Assembly: GCF_006345805.1 (NCBI RefSeq)
Contig: NC_043023.1
Span: forward strand, 7,378,001-7,442,000
Length of the DNA: 64,000 nt
Direction of reading: 5' to 3'
Source: Octopus sinensis
Taxonomy: Eukaryota
Notes under the pieces: model-generated
Seen by the model: only the letters and a program-made list of their open reading frames with translations
Database searches by the model: none
Told to the model about the DNA's origin: nothing
Position numbers and translations under genes: made by a program
Part shown: piece after piece, positions 25,931 through 37,578 of the stretch
Layout: each line of letters begins with the position of its first letter
How positions within the stretch are numbered: position 1 is the first letter of the stretch

Positions 25931-25960
25931 ACCTATCCATTCTTGTTGCTTCTTTCTCGC

Positions 25961-26006
<46 letters not shown>

Positions 26007-26030
26007 TGTGTGTGTGTGTTGTGTGTGTGT

Positions 26031-26082
<52 letters not shown>

Positions 26083-26089
26083 TGTATAT

Positions 26090-26300
26090 GTTTGTGTGTC
26101 TGTGTTTGTCACCCCAACATCACTTGACAACTGATGGTGTTGTGCTTACGTCCCTGTAACTTAGCGGTTTGGCAAAAAGAGACTGATAGAATAAGTACTA
26201 GGTTTACAAAGAATAAATACTGGGGGTCGATTTGCTTGACTAAAGGTGGTGCTCCAGCATGGCCACAGTCAAATGACTGAAACAAGTGAAAGAGTAAATA
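26090..26300 (+). mobile_element. SINE family A, 3' half
   Basis: Ends GGTGGTGCTCCAGCATGGCCACAGTCAAATGACTGAAACAAG. Confidence 0.8.
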
Positions 26301-26302
26301 TA

Positions 26303-26546
26303 AATGGCCCAGTAGTTAGGGGAGCGGACTCGCAGTCGTAGGATCGCGGTTTTGATTCCCAGGCTCCGGCAGGGGGTGGTGATCCCTGCTGTACTCTTTC
26401 ACCACTCTTTCTCTCACTCTTCTGTTGGCCTGCTTGCTTAGCCAGCAAGGTGGCGTAATTCGAAGGCTAAAACAATGCGAAGTGCATTGTGACCAGCGAT
26501 GTATAGCAACATCTGATGGTCTGGTCGGTCACGTGATCACGTGATA
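26303..26546 (+). mobile_element. tRNA-derived SINE family B (internally deleted)
   Basis: Homologous to 54733-55026; ends CACGTGATCACGTGAT. Confidence 0.75.
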
Positions 26547-26571
26547 TATATATATATATATTTACATATAG

Positions 26572-26825
26572 GAGTGGCTGTGTGGTAAGTAGCTTGCTTA
26601 CTAACCACATGGTTCTGGGTTCAGTCCCACATTGTTGCAATAGCCTCGGGCCAACCAATGCTGGTGTGTTTATGTCCCCGTAATTTAGTGGTTCAGTAAA
26701 AGAGTCCGATAGAATAAGTACTAGGCTTACAAAGAATAAGTCCTGGGTTCAATTTGCTCAAATAAAAGGCGGTGCTCCAGCATAGCCGCAGTCAAATGAC
26801 AAACAAGTAAAAGAGTAAAAGAGAG
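26572..26825 (+). mobile_element. SINE family A with internal deletion
   Basis: Head joined directly to the 3' half. Confidence 0.75.
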
Positions 26826-26874
26826 AGTATGGCTGTTGCCTGTAGTATAAACTTCAAATGTTTGGGCCTCACAA

Positions 26875-27185
26875 AGTCAAGGGCCAAGGTGGTGAGGCAT
26901 GATCTTTGGATTCTGGTCTTCGCAGAGGTGACGGTGAGTGACCAAGACCTTTGGCAACATGCCGTGCTTAAGAAGACTTGCCAAGCCAAATGAAATTGTA
27001 GTCATGGCCACTGGAAGTATTATATAAAAGGCACCCATGCCAGTGGCACATAGAAGAATTTGTGCTGGTGGCACGTAACAAGGACCCATTATACTGTTGG
27101 AGTGGCTGGAGTTAGGAAGGGCATCAAGCTGTAGAAACCATGCCAAATCAAATTGAAACCTGGTGCAGCTCTCCAGCTAACCAGT
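26875..27185 (+). mobile_element. Old 5'-truncated RTE copy (ORF2 end + 3' UTR)
   Basis: KVVRHDLWILVFAEVTVSDQDLWQHAVLKKTCQAK* aligns to EVVKHDLRTLGLTEERTRDRDLWKCAVREKTRQDK* of the ORF at 38796-40016. Confidence 0.75.
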
Positions 27186-27189
27186 TCCT

Positions 27190-27562
27190 TATTTCTTTAT
27201 TGCCCACAAGGGGCTAAACATAGAGGGGACAAACAAGGACAGACAAATGTATTAAGTCAATTATATCGATCCGAAAGGATGAAAGGCGAAGTTGACCTCG
27301 GCGGAATTTGAACTCAGAACATAATGGCAGATGAAATACCTGTTTCTTTACTGCTTACAAGGGGCTACACACAGAGGGGACAGACAAATGGATTAAGTCG
27401 ATAATATCGATAATACCAGTGCGTAACTGTTACTTATTCAATTGACCCCAAAAGGATGAAAAGCAAAGTCGACCTCGGCGGAATTTGAACTCACAACGTA
27501 ACGGTAGACGAAATACCGCAAAGCATTTCGCCCAGCGTGCTAACGTTTCTGCCAGCTCACCA
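27190..27562 (-). mobile_element. tRNA-derived SINE family D with partial tandem duplication
   Basis: Minus strand GGTGAGCTGGCAGAAACGTTAGC (A-box-like) ... GAGTTCAAATTCC (B-box) ... GTCGACTTTGCTTTTCATCC; 27190-27340 repeats part of it. Confidence 0.7.
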
Positions 27563-27667
27563 CCTAACCAGCTAACCAGTTCCTGTTAAATGGTGGTGGT
27601 GGTGTTGGTATGGTGGTTGGGCTGGCATGGCTGTGTTATAGGAAGTTTGCTTCCCAGCCACATGGTA

Positions 27668-27845
27668 CTGGGTTCAGGACACCTACATTGCTAGAAATAA
27701 GAGCTAAAATGGTAGGAAAAGCACATAATTGTATACATAATTGCAGTCCCTATGAGCATACATACATATCTAATTATGTGTTTTTCCTACGACATTAGAG
27801 TATTTTAGCTCTTATTTCTAGCAATGTCGGTGCCCTGAGACCCTT
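27668..27845. repeat. MITE-like fold-back
   Basis: 26-bp perfect inverted repeat ACATTGCTAGAAATAAGAGCTAAAAT (27685 / 27827), plus inner and outer imperfect extensions. Confidence 0.75.
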
Positions 27846-27849
27846 AGTC

Positions 27850-28013
27850 ATGCAGGCGTTGCTGTTTGGTCAGAAGCTTGCTTCCCAACCAGAAGTTCCC
27901 GGGTTCAGTCCCAATGCATGGCACCTTGGGCAAGTGTCTTCTACTATAGCCTATGGCTAACCAAAGCCTTGTGAGTGGACTTGGGTGATGGAAACTGAAA
28001 GAAGCCTGTCGTA
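27850..28013 (-). mobile_element. SINE family A, 5' half
   Basis: Homology to the other copies. Confidence 0.75.
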
Positions 28014-28063
28014 TGTGTGTGTGTGTGTGTCTCTCTGTCACCTACCACCGCTTGACAACCTGA

Positions 28064-31000
28064 TTTCTTGCTGGAGAGGAGATACATGGCTACCACACAT
28101 TATATAAGGGTGGGAGGCTTTATGTTAGGTGTTGAGGGGTTAAAGTATGATAGAAGGGACAGAAAGAGGTTTCTTGGTGGAGAGGAGATACATGGCCACC
28201 ACACATTATATAAGGGTGGGAGGCTTTATGTTAGGTGTTGAGGGGTTAAAGTATGATAGAAGGGACAGAAAGAGGTTCTTGGTGGAGAGGAGATACATGG
28301 CTACCACACATTATATAGGGGGTGGAGGCTTTATGTTAGGTGTTGAGGGGTTAAAGTATGATAGAAGGGACAGAAAGGTTTCTTGGTGAGAGGAGATACA
28401 TGGCCACCACACATTATATAAGGGTGGGAGGCTTTATGTTAGGTGTTGAGGGGTTAAAGTATGATAGAAGGGACAGAAAGAGGTTTCTTGGTGGAGAGGA
28501 GATACATGGCTACCACACATTATATAAGGGTGGGAGGCTTTATGTTAGGTGTTGAGGGGTTAAAGTATGATAGAAGGGACAGGAAGAGGTTTCTTGGTGG
28601 AGAGGAGATACATGGCTACCACACATTATATAAGGGTGGGAGGCTTTATGTTAGGTGTTGAGGGGTTAAAGTATGATAGAAGGGACAGAAAGAGGTTTCT
28701 TGGTGGAGAGGAGATACATGGCCACCACACATTATATAAGGGTGGGAGGCTTTGTGTTAGGTGTTGAGGGGTTAAAGTATGATAGAAGGGACAGAAAGAG
28801 GTTTCTTGGTGGAGAGGAGATACATGGCCACCACACATTATATAAGGGTGGGAGGCTTTGTGTTAGGTGTTGAGGGTTAAAGTATGATAGAAGGGACAGA
28901 AAGAGGTTTCTTGGTGGAGAGGAGATACATGGCCACCACACATTATATAAGGGTGGGAGGCTTTGTGTTAGGTGTTGAGGGGTTAAAGTATGATAGAAGG
29001 GACAGGAAGAGGTGTCTTGCTGGGGAGGAGATACATGGCTACCTCACATTATATAAGGGTGGGTGGTTTTATGTTAGGTGTTGGGAGGTTAAAGTATGAT
29101 AGAAGGGACAGAAGGAGGTTTCTTGGTGGAGAGGAGATACATGGCCACCACACGTTATATAAGGGTGGGTGGCTTTATGTTAGGTGTTGAGGGGTTAAAG
29201 TATGATAGAAGGGACAGGAAGAGGTTTCTTGGTGGAGAGGAGATACATGGCTACCTCACATTATATAAGGGTGGGAGGCTTTATGTTAGGTGTTGAGGGG
29301 TTAAAGTATGATAGAAGGGACAGAAAAGGTTTCTTGGTGGAGAGGAGATACATGGCCACCAAACATTATATAAGGGTGGGAGGCTTTGTGTTAGGTGTTG
29401 AGGGGGTTAAAGTATGATAGAAGGGACAGGAAGAGGTTTCTTGCTGTAAAAGAGATACATGCCACCACACATTATATAAGGGTGGGAGGCTTTGTGTTAG
29501 TGGTGTTGAGGGGTTAAAGTATGATAGAAGGAGAGAAAGAGGTTTCTTGCTGTAAAGGAGATACATGGCCACCACATTATATATAAAGGTGGGAGGCTTT
29601 ATGTTAGGTGTTGAGGGTTAAAGTATGATAGAAGGGACAGGAAGAGGTTTCTTGGTGGAGAGGAGATACATGGCCACCACACATTATATAAGGGTGGGAG
29701 GCTTTGTGTTAGGTGTTGAGGGGTTAAAGTATGATAGAAGGGACAGGAAGAGGTTTCTTGGTGGAGAGGAGATACATGGCCACCACACATTATATAAGGG
29801 TGGGAGGCTTTGTGTTAGGTGTTGAGGGGTTGTTGAGGGGTTAAAGTATGATAGAAGGACAGGAAGAGGTTTCTTGGTGGAGAGGAGATACATGGCCACC
29901 ACACATTATATAAGGGTGGATGGCTTTGTGTTAGCTGTTGAGGGGTTAACGTATGATAGAAGGGACAGGAAGAGGTTTCTTGGTGGAGAGGAGATACATG
30001 GCCACCACACATTATATAAGGGTGGATGGCTTTGTGTTAGGTGTTGAGGGGTTAAAGTATGATAGAAGGGACAGGAAGAGGTTTCTTGGTGGAGAGGAGA
30101 TACATGGCCACCACACATTATATATGGATGGGAGGCTTTGTGTTAGGTGTTGAGAGGTTAAAGTATGATAGAAGGGACAGGAAGAGGTTTCTTGGTGGAG
30201 AGGAGATACATGGCCACCACACATTATATAAGGGTGGGAGGCTTTGTGTTAGGTGTTGAGGGGTTAAAGTATGATAGAAGGGACAGGAAGAGGTTTCTTG
30301 GTGGAGAGGAGATACATGGCACACCACACTTATATAAGGGTGGGAGGCTTTATGTTAGGTGTTGAGGGGTTAAAGTATGATAGAAGGGACAGGAAGAGGT
30401 TTCTTGCTGGAGAGGAGATACATGGCTACCACACATTATATAAGGGTGGGTGGCTTTATGTTAGCTGTTGAGGGGTTAAAGTATGATAGAAGGGACAGAA
30501 AGAGGTTTCTTGCTGGAGAGGAGATACATGGCTACCACACATTATATAAGGGTGGGTGGCTTTATGTTAGGTGTTGAGGGGTTAAAGTATGATAGAAGGG
30601 ACAGGAAGAGGTTTCTTGGTGGAGAGGAGATACATGGCCACCACACATTATATAAGGGTGGGAGGCTTTGTGTTAGGTGTTGAGGGGTTAAAGTATGATA
30701 GAAGGGACAGAAAGAGGTTTCTTGGTGGAGAGGAGATACATGGCCACCACACATTATATAAGGGTGGGAGGCTTTGTGTTAGGTTGAGGGGTTAAAGTAT
30801 GATAGAAGGGACAGAAAGAGGTTTCTTGGTGGAGAGGAGATACATGGCCACCACACATTATATAAGGGTGGGAGGCTTTGTGTTAGGTGTTGAGGGATTA
30901 AAGTATGATAGAAGGGACAGGAAGAGGTTTCTTGGTGGAGAGGAGATACATGGCCACCACACATTAAAAAAGGGTGGGAGGCTTTGTGTTAGGTGTTGAG

Positions 31001-34000
31001 GGGTTAAAGTATGATAGAAGGGACAGAAAGAGGTTTCTTGGTGGAGAGGAGATACATGGCCACCACACATTATATAAGGGTGGGAGGCTTTCTGTTAGGT
31101 GTTGAGGGGTTAAAGTATGATAGAAGGGACAGAAAGAGGTTTCTTGGTGGAGAGGAGATACATGGCCACCACACATTATATAAAGGTGGGTGGCTTTATG
31201 TTAGGTGTTGAGGGGTTAAAGTATGATAGAAGGGACAGAAAGAGGTTTCTTGCTGGAGAGGAGATACATGGCTACCACACATTATATAAGGGTGGGTGGC
31301 TTTATGTTAGGTGTTGAGGGGTTAAAGTATGATAGAAGGGACAGAAAGAGGTTTCTTGGTGGAGAGGAGATACATGGCTACCACACATTATATAAGGGTG
31401 GGTGGCTTTATGTTAGGTGTTGAGGGGTTAAAGTATGATAGAAGGGACAGAAAGAGGTTTCTTGGTGGAGAGGAGATACATAGCCACCACACATTATATA
31501 AGGGTGGGTGGCTTTATGTTAGGTGTTGAGGGGTTAAAGTATGATAGAAGGGACAGAAAGAGGTTTCTTGGTGGAGAGGAGATACATGGCCACCACACAT
31601 TATATAAGGGTGGGTGGCTTTATGTTAGGTGTTGAGGGGTTAAAGTATGATAGAAGGGACAGAAAGAGGTTTTTTTGCTGGAGAGGAGATACATGGCCAC
31701 CACACATTATATAAGGGTGGGAGGCTTTATGTTAGGTGTTGAGGGGTTAAAGTTTGATAGAAGGGACAGGAAAAGGTTTCTTGGTGGAGAGGAGATACAT
31801 GGCCACCACACATTATATAAGGGTGGGAGGCTTTATGTTAGGTGTTGAGGGGTTAAAGTATGATAGAAGGGACAGAAAGAGGTTTCTTGGTGGAGAGGAG
31901 ATACATGGCCACCACACATTATATAAGGGTGGGAGGCTTTATGTTAGGTGTTGAGGGGTTAAAGTATGATAGAAGGGACAGAAAGAGGTTTCTTGGTGGA
32001 GAGGAGATACATGGCCACCACACATTATATAAGGGTGGGTGGCTTTATGTTAGGTGTTGAGGGGTTAAAGTATGATAGAAGGGACAGAAAGAGGTTTCTT
32101 GGTGGAGAGGAGATACATGGCCACCACACATTATATAAGGGTGGGAGGCTTTATGTTAGGTGTTGAGGGGTTAAAGTATGATAGAAGGGACAGAAAAGGG
32201 TTTCTTGGTGGAGAGGAGATACATGGCCACCACACATTATATAAGGGTGGGAGGCTTTGTGTTAGGTGTTGAGGGGGTTAAAGTATGATAGAAGGGACAG
32301 GAAGAGGTTTCTTGCTGTAAAAGAGATACATGGCCACCACACATTATATAAGGGTGGGAGGCTTTGTGTTAGGTGTTGAGGGGTTAAAGTATGATAGAAG
32401 GGACAGAAAGAGGTTTCTTGCTGTAAAGGAGATACATGGCCACCACACATTATATAAGGGTGGGAGGCTTTATGTTAGGTGTTGAGGGGTTAAAGTATGA
32501 TAGAAGGGACAGGAAGAGGTTTCTTGGTGGAGAGGAGATACATGGCCACCACACATTATATAAGGGTGGTAGGCTTTGTGTTGGGTGTTGAGGGGTTAAA
32601 GTATGATAGAAGGGACAGGAAGAGGTTTCTTGGTGGAGAGGAGATACATGGCCACCACACATTATATAAGGGTGGGAGGCTTTGTGTTAGGTGTTGAGGG
32701 GTTAAAGTATGATAGAAAGGACAGGAAGAGGTTTCTTGGTGGAGAGGAGATACATGGCCACCACACATTATATAAGGGTGGATGGCTTTGTGTTAGGTGT
32801 TGAGGGGTTAAAGTATGATAGAAGGGACAGGAAGAGGTTTCTTGGTGGAGAGGAGATACATGGCCACCACACATTATATAAGGGTGGATGGCTTTGTGTT
32901 AGGTGTTGAGGGGTTAAAGTATGATAGAAGGGACAGGAAGAGGTTTCTTGGTGGAGAGGAGATACATGGCCACCACACATTATATAAGGGTGGATGGCTT
33001 TATGTTAAGTGTTGTGGGGTTAAAGTATGATAGAAGGGACAGGAAGAGGTTTCTTGGTGGAGAGGAGATACATGGCCACCACACATTATATAAGGGTGGA
33101 TGGCTTTGTGTTAGGTGTTGAGGGGTTGAAGTATGATAGAAGGGACAGGAAGAGGTTTCTTGGTGGAGAGGAGATACATGGCCACCACACATTATATAAG
33201 GGTGGGAGGCTTTATGTTAGGTGTTGAGGGGGTTAAAGTATGATAGAAGGGACAGAAAAGGTTTCTTGGTGGAGAGGAGATACATGGCCACCAAAATTAT
33301 ATAAGGGTGGGAGGCTTTGTGTAGGTGTTGAGGGGGTTAAAGTATGATAGAAGGGACAGGAAGAGGTTCTTGCTGTAAAAGAGATACATGGCCACCACAC
33401 ATTATATAAGGGTGGGAGGCTTTGTGTTAGGTGTTGAGGGGTTAAAGTATGATAGAAGGGAGAGAAAGAGGCTTCTTGCTGTAAAGGAGCATGGCCACCA
33501 CACATTATATAAGGGTGGGAGGCTTTATGTTAGGTGTTGAGGGGTTAAAGTGATAGAAGGGACAGGAAGAGGTTTCTTGGTGGAGAGGAGATACATGGCC
33601 ACCACACTTATATAAGGGTGGGAGGCTTTGTGTTAGGTGTTGAGGGGTTAAAGTATGATAGAAGGGACAGGAAGAGGTTCTTGGTGGAGAGGAGATACAT
33701 GGCCACCACACATTATATAAGGGTGGGAGGCTTTGTGTTAGGTGTTGAGGGGTTAAAGTATGATAGATAGAAAGGACAGGAAGAGGTTTCTGGTGGAGAG
33801 GAGATACATGGCCACCACACATTATATAAGGGTGGATGGCTTTGTGTTAGCTGTTGAGGGGTTAAAGTATGATAGAAGGGACAGGAAGAGGTTTCTTGGG
33901 AGAGGAGGAGATACATGGCCACCACACATTATATAAGGGTGGATGGCTTTGTGTTAGGTGTTGAGGGGTTAAAGTATGATAGAAGGGACAGGAAGAGGTT

Positions 34001-37000
34001 CTTGGTGGAGAGGAGATACATGGCCACCACACATTATATAAGGATGGGAGGCTTTGTGTTAGGTGTTGAGAGGTTAAAGTATGATAGAAGGGACAGGAAG
34101 AGGTCTTGGTGGAGAGGAGATACATGGCCACCACACATTATATAGGGTGGGAGGCTTTGTGTTAGGTGTTGAGGGGGGTAAAGTATGATAGAAGGGACAG
34201 GAAGAGGTTTCTTGGTGGAGAGGAGATACATGGCCACCACACATTATATAAGGGTGGATGGCTTTATGTTAAGTGTTGTGGGGTTAAAGTATGATAGAAG
34301 GGACAGGAAGAGGTTTCTTGGTGGAGAGGAGATACATGGCACCACACATTATATAAGGGTGGGAGGCTTTGTGTTAGGTGTTGAGGGGTTGGTTAAGTAT
34401 GATAGAAGGGACAGGAAGAGGTTTCTTGGGGAGAGGAGATACATGGCCACCACACATTATATAGGGTGGATGGCTTTGGTTAGTGTTGAGGGGTTAAAGT
34501 ATGATAGAAGGGACAGGAAGAGGTTTTTGTGGAGAGGAGATACATGGCCACCACACATTATATAAGGGTGGAGGCTTTGTGTTAGGTGTTGAGGGGTTTT
34601 AAAGTATGATAGAAGGGACAGGAAGAGGTTTCTTGGTGGAGAGGAGATACATGGCCACCACACATTATATAAGGGTGGGAGGCTTTGTGTTAGGTGTTGG
34701 AGGGTTAAAGTATGATAGAAGGGACGGAAGAGGTTCTTGGTGGAGAGGAGATACATGGCCACCACACATTATATAAGGGTGGGAGGCTTGTGTTAGGTGT
34801 TGAGGGGTTAAAGTATGATAGAAGGGACAGGAAGAGGTTCTTGGTGGAGAGGAGATACATGGCCACCACACATTATATAAGGTGGGAGGCTTTATGTTAG
34901 GTGTTGAGGGTTAAAGTATGATAGAAGGGACAGAAAGAGGTTCTGGTGGAGAGGAGATACGGGCCACCACACATTATATAAGGGTGGGTGGCTTTATGTA
35001 GGTGTGAGGGGTTAAAGTATGATAGAAGGGACAGAAAGAGGTTTCTTGTGGAGAGGAGATACATGGCCACCACACATTATATAAGGGTGGGGGCTTTATG
35101 TTAGGTGTTGAGGGGTTAAAGTATGATAGAAGGGACAGAAAGAGGTTTCTTGGTGGAGAGGAGATACATGGCCCACACATATATAAGGGTGGGAGGCTTT
35201 GTGTTAGGTGTTGAGGGTTAAAGTATGATAGAAGGGACAGAAAGAGGTTCTGGTGGAGAGGAGATACATGGCCACCACACATTATATAAGGGTGGGAGGC
35301 TTTGTGTTAGGTGTTGAGGGGTTAAAGTATGATAGAAGGGACAGAAAGAGGTTTCTTGGTGGAGAGGAGATACATGGCCACCACACATTATATAAGGGTG
35401 GGAGGCTTTGTGTTAGGTGTTGAGGGGTTAAAGTATGATAGAAGGGACAGGAAGAGGTTTCTTGGTGGAGAGGAGATACATGGCCACCACACATTATATA
35501 AGGGTGGGAGGCTTTGTGTTAGGTGTTGAGGGGTTAAAGTATGATAGAAGGGACAGAAAGAGGTTTCTTGGTGGAGAGGAGATACATGGCCACCACACAT
35601 TATATAAGGGTGGGTGGCTTTGTGTTAGGTGTTGGGGGTTAAAGTATGATAGAAGGGACAGGAAGAGGTTTCTTGGTGGAGAGGAGATACATGGCCACCA
35701 CAATTATATAAGGGTGGGAGGCTTTATGTTAGGTGTTGAGGGTAAAGTTGATAGAAGGGACAGAAAGAGTTTCTTGGTGGAGAGGAGATACATGGCCACC
35801 ACACATTATATAAGGGTGGGTGGCTTTAGTTAGGTGTTGAGGGGTTAAAGTATGATAGAAGGACAGAAAGAGGTTTCTTGGTGGAGAGGAGATAAATGGC
35901 CACCACACATTATATAAGGGGGGGCTTTGTGTTAGGTGTTGAGGGGTTATGAAGGGACAGGAAATTTTTCTTTTGGAGAGGGATTTTATTTGGGCCACAA
36001 TATTTTATAAGGGTTTTGTTCTTTGTGTTTAAGGTTGAATTATTTTTTGAGGAAGAGGTTTTTGTGAAGGGAGAGATTGATGGTTTCTGTTTTTCTGGGT
36101 TGTTTTTTTTTACTTTTGTTTAGTACTTTTCGTTTTTACTTTTTTTTTTAGTTTTTTTTTTTTTTTTTTTGTTATTTTTTTTTTTTTTTATTTTTTTTTT
36201 TCTTTTTTTTTTTTTTTACTTTTTTTTAATTTTTTAAATTTTTATTATTTTTTTTTTTTTTAAATTTTTTTTTTTTTTTGGATTTTTTTTTTGTTTTTTT
36301 TTTTTTTCACTTATTTTTTGTTTTTTTCTTGTTTTTTTTTTGTTCTTTCTTTAAAGTATGATAGAGGGACAGGAAGAGGTTCTTGGTGGAGAGGAGATAC
36401 AGGCACCACACATTATATAAGGGTGGGAGGCTTTGTTAGGTGTTGAGGGGTAAAGTATGATAGAAGGGACAAAAGAGGTTTCTTGGTGGAGAGGAGATAC
36501 ATGGCCACCACACATTATATAAGGGTGGAGGCTTTGTGTTAGGTGTTGAGGGGTTAAAGTATGATAGAAGGGACAGAAAGAGGTTTCTTGTGGAGAGGAG
36601 ATACATGGCTACTCACATTATATAAGGGTGGTGGCTTTATGTTAGGGTTGGAGGTTAAAGTATGATAGAGGGACAGGAAGAGGTTCTTGGTGGAGAGGAG
36701 ATACATGGCTACCTCACATTATATAAGGGTGGGTGGCTTTATGTAGGTGTTGAGAGTTAAAGTATGATGAGAAGGGACAGGAAGAGGTTCTTGGTGGAGA
36801 GGAGATAACATGGCTACCTCACATAATATAAGGGTGGGAGGCTTTATGTTAGGTGTTGAGGGTTAAAGTATGATAGAAGGGACAGGAAGAGGTTTCTTGG
36901 TGGAGAGGAGATACAGGCTACCAAACATTATATAAGGGTGGGAGGCTTTATGTTAGGTGTTGAGGGGTAAAGTATGATAGAAGGGACAGGAAGAGGTTTC

Positions 37001-37140
37001 TTGGTGGGAGAGTAGAGATACATGGCCTACCACACATTATATAAGGGTGGGAGGCTTTATGTTAGGTGTTGAGGGGTTAAAGTATGATAGAAGGGACAGG
37101 AAGAGGTTTCTTGGTGGAGAGGAGACACATGGCTACCTCA
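28064..37140. repeat. 106-bp satellite, about 9.1 kb (about 85 unit-equivalents)
   Basis: Unit TTTCTTGGTGGAGAGGAGATACATGGCCACCACACATTATATAAGGGTGGGAGGCTTTRTGTTAGGTGTTGAGGGGTTAAAGTATGATAGAAGGGACAGRAAGAGG; ORF-track starts recur every 106 bp. Confidence 0.97.
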
Positions 37141-37342
37141 GTTGGAAAAGGAGATAAGATGGTGGTGTATGAATATATATATACAGCATGCTTCAGCACA
37201 GTTCTCATCCACAAAATTCCCTCACAAGAAATTGGTTGGCCTGGCAATAAACCAGAAGACATTAGTTCAAAGAACTCTGCAGCAAGATTTCTTATCTACA
37301 AGCTAACTTCTTATCTACACAAACAGACAAGTACCTTGCAAA

Positions 37343-37381
<39 letters not shown>

Positions 37382-37532
37382 ACACATCTATTAGCGTGTG
37401 TATTATATATATATATATATATATTATTATAACACACACATATATATATGAGTAGGTATGTATATGTGTGTTAATATATGTATGTATATACAAAATGTGT
37501 GTGTATATATATAAATATATATATACACACAC

Positions 37533-37577
<45 letters not shown>

Positions 37578-37578
<1 letters not shown>

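Larger units (their letters stand above)
25317..25960. repeat. Essentially perfect zero-spacer palindrome (about 320-bp arms) carrying hammerhead motifs
   Basis: Centre GGGATTA|TAATCCC at 25639/25640; I found only two 1-bp homopolymer differences between the arms. Confidence 0.93.

Noticed and set aside
35940-36352. Poly-T patch inside the 106-bp satellite
   Set aside because: Units degrade progressively into T runs and then resume in register; most likely a base-calling or consensus artefact. Elevated 1-bp indels at 33200-35300 and 36350-37100 point the same way.
18009-37140. Regular arrays as CRISPR
   Set aside because: No unique spacers, units are 106-130 bp, no cas genes, and the context is eukaryotic.
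28147-37262. Repeated 66-71-aa ORFs (MIEGTERGFLVERRY...)
   Set aside because: Products of a 106-bp unit (not a multiple of 3) with TGA every unit; non-coding satellite.
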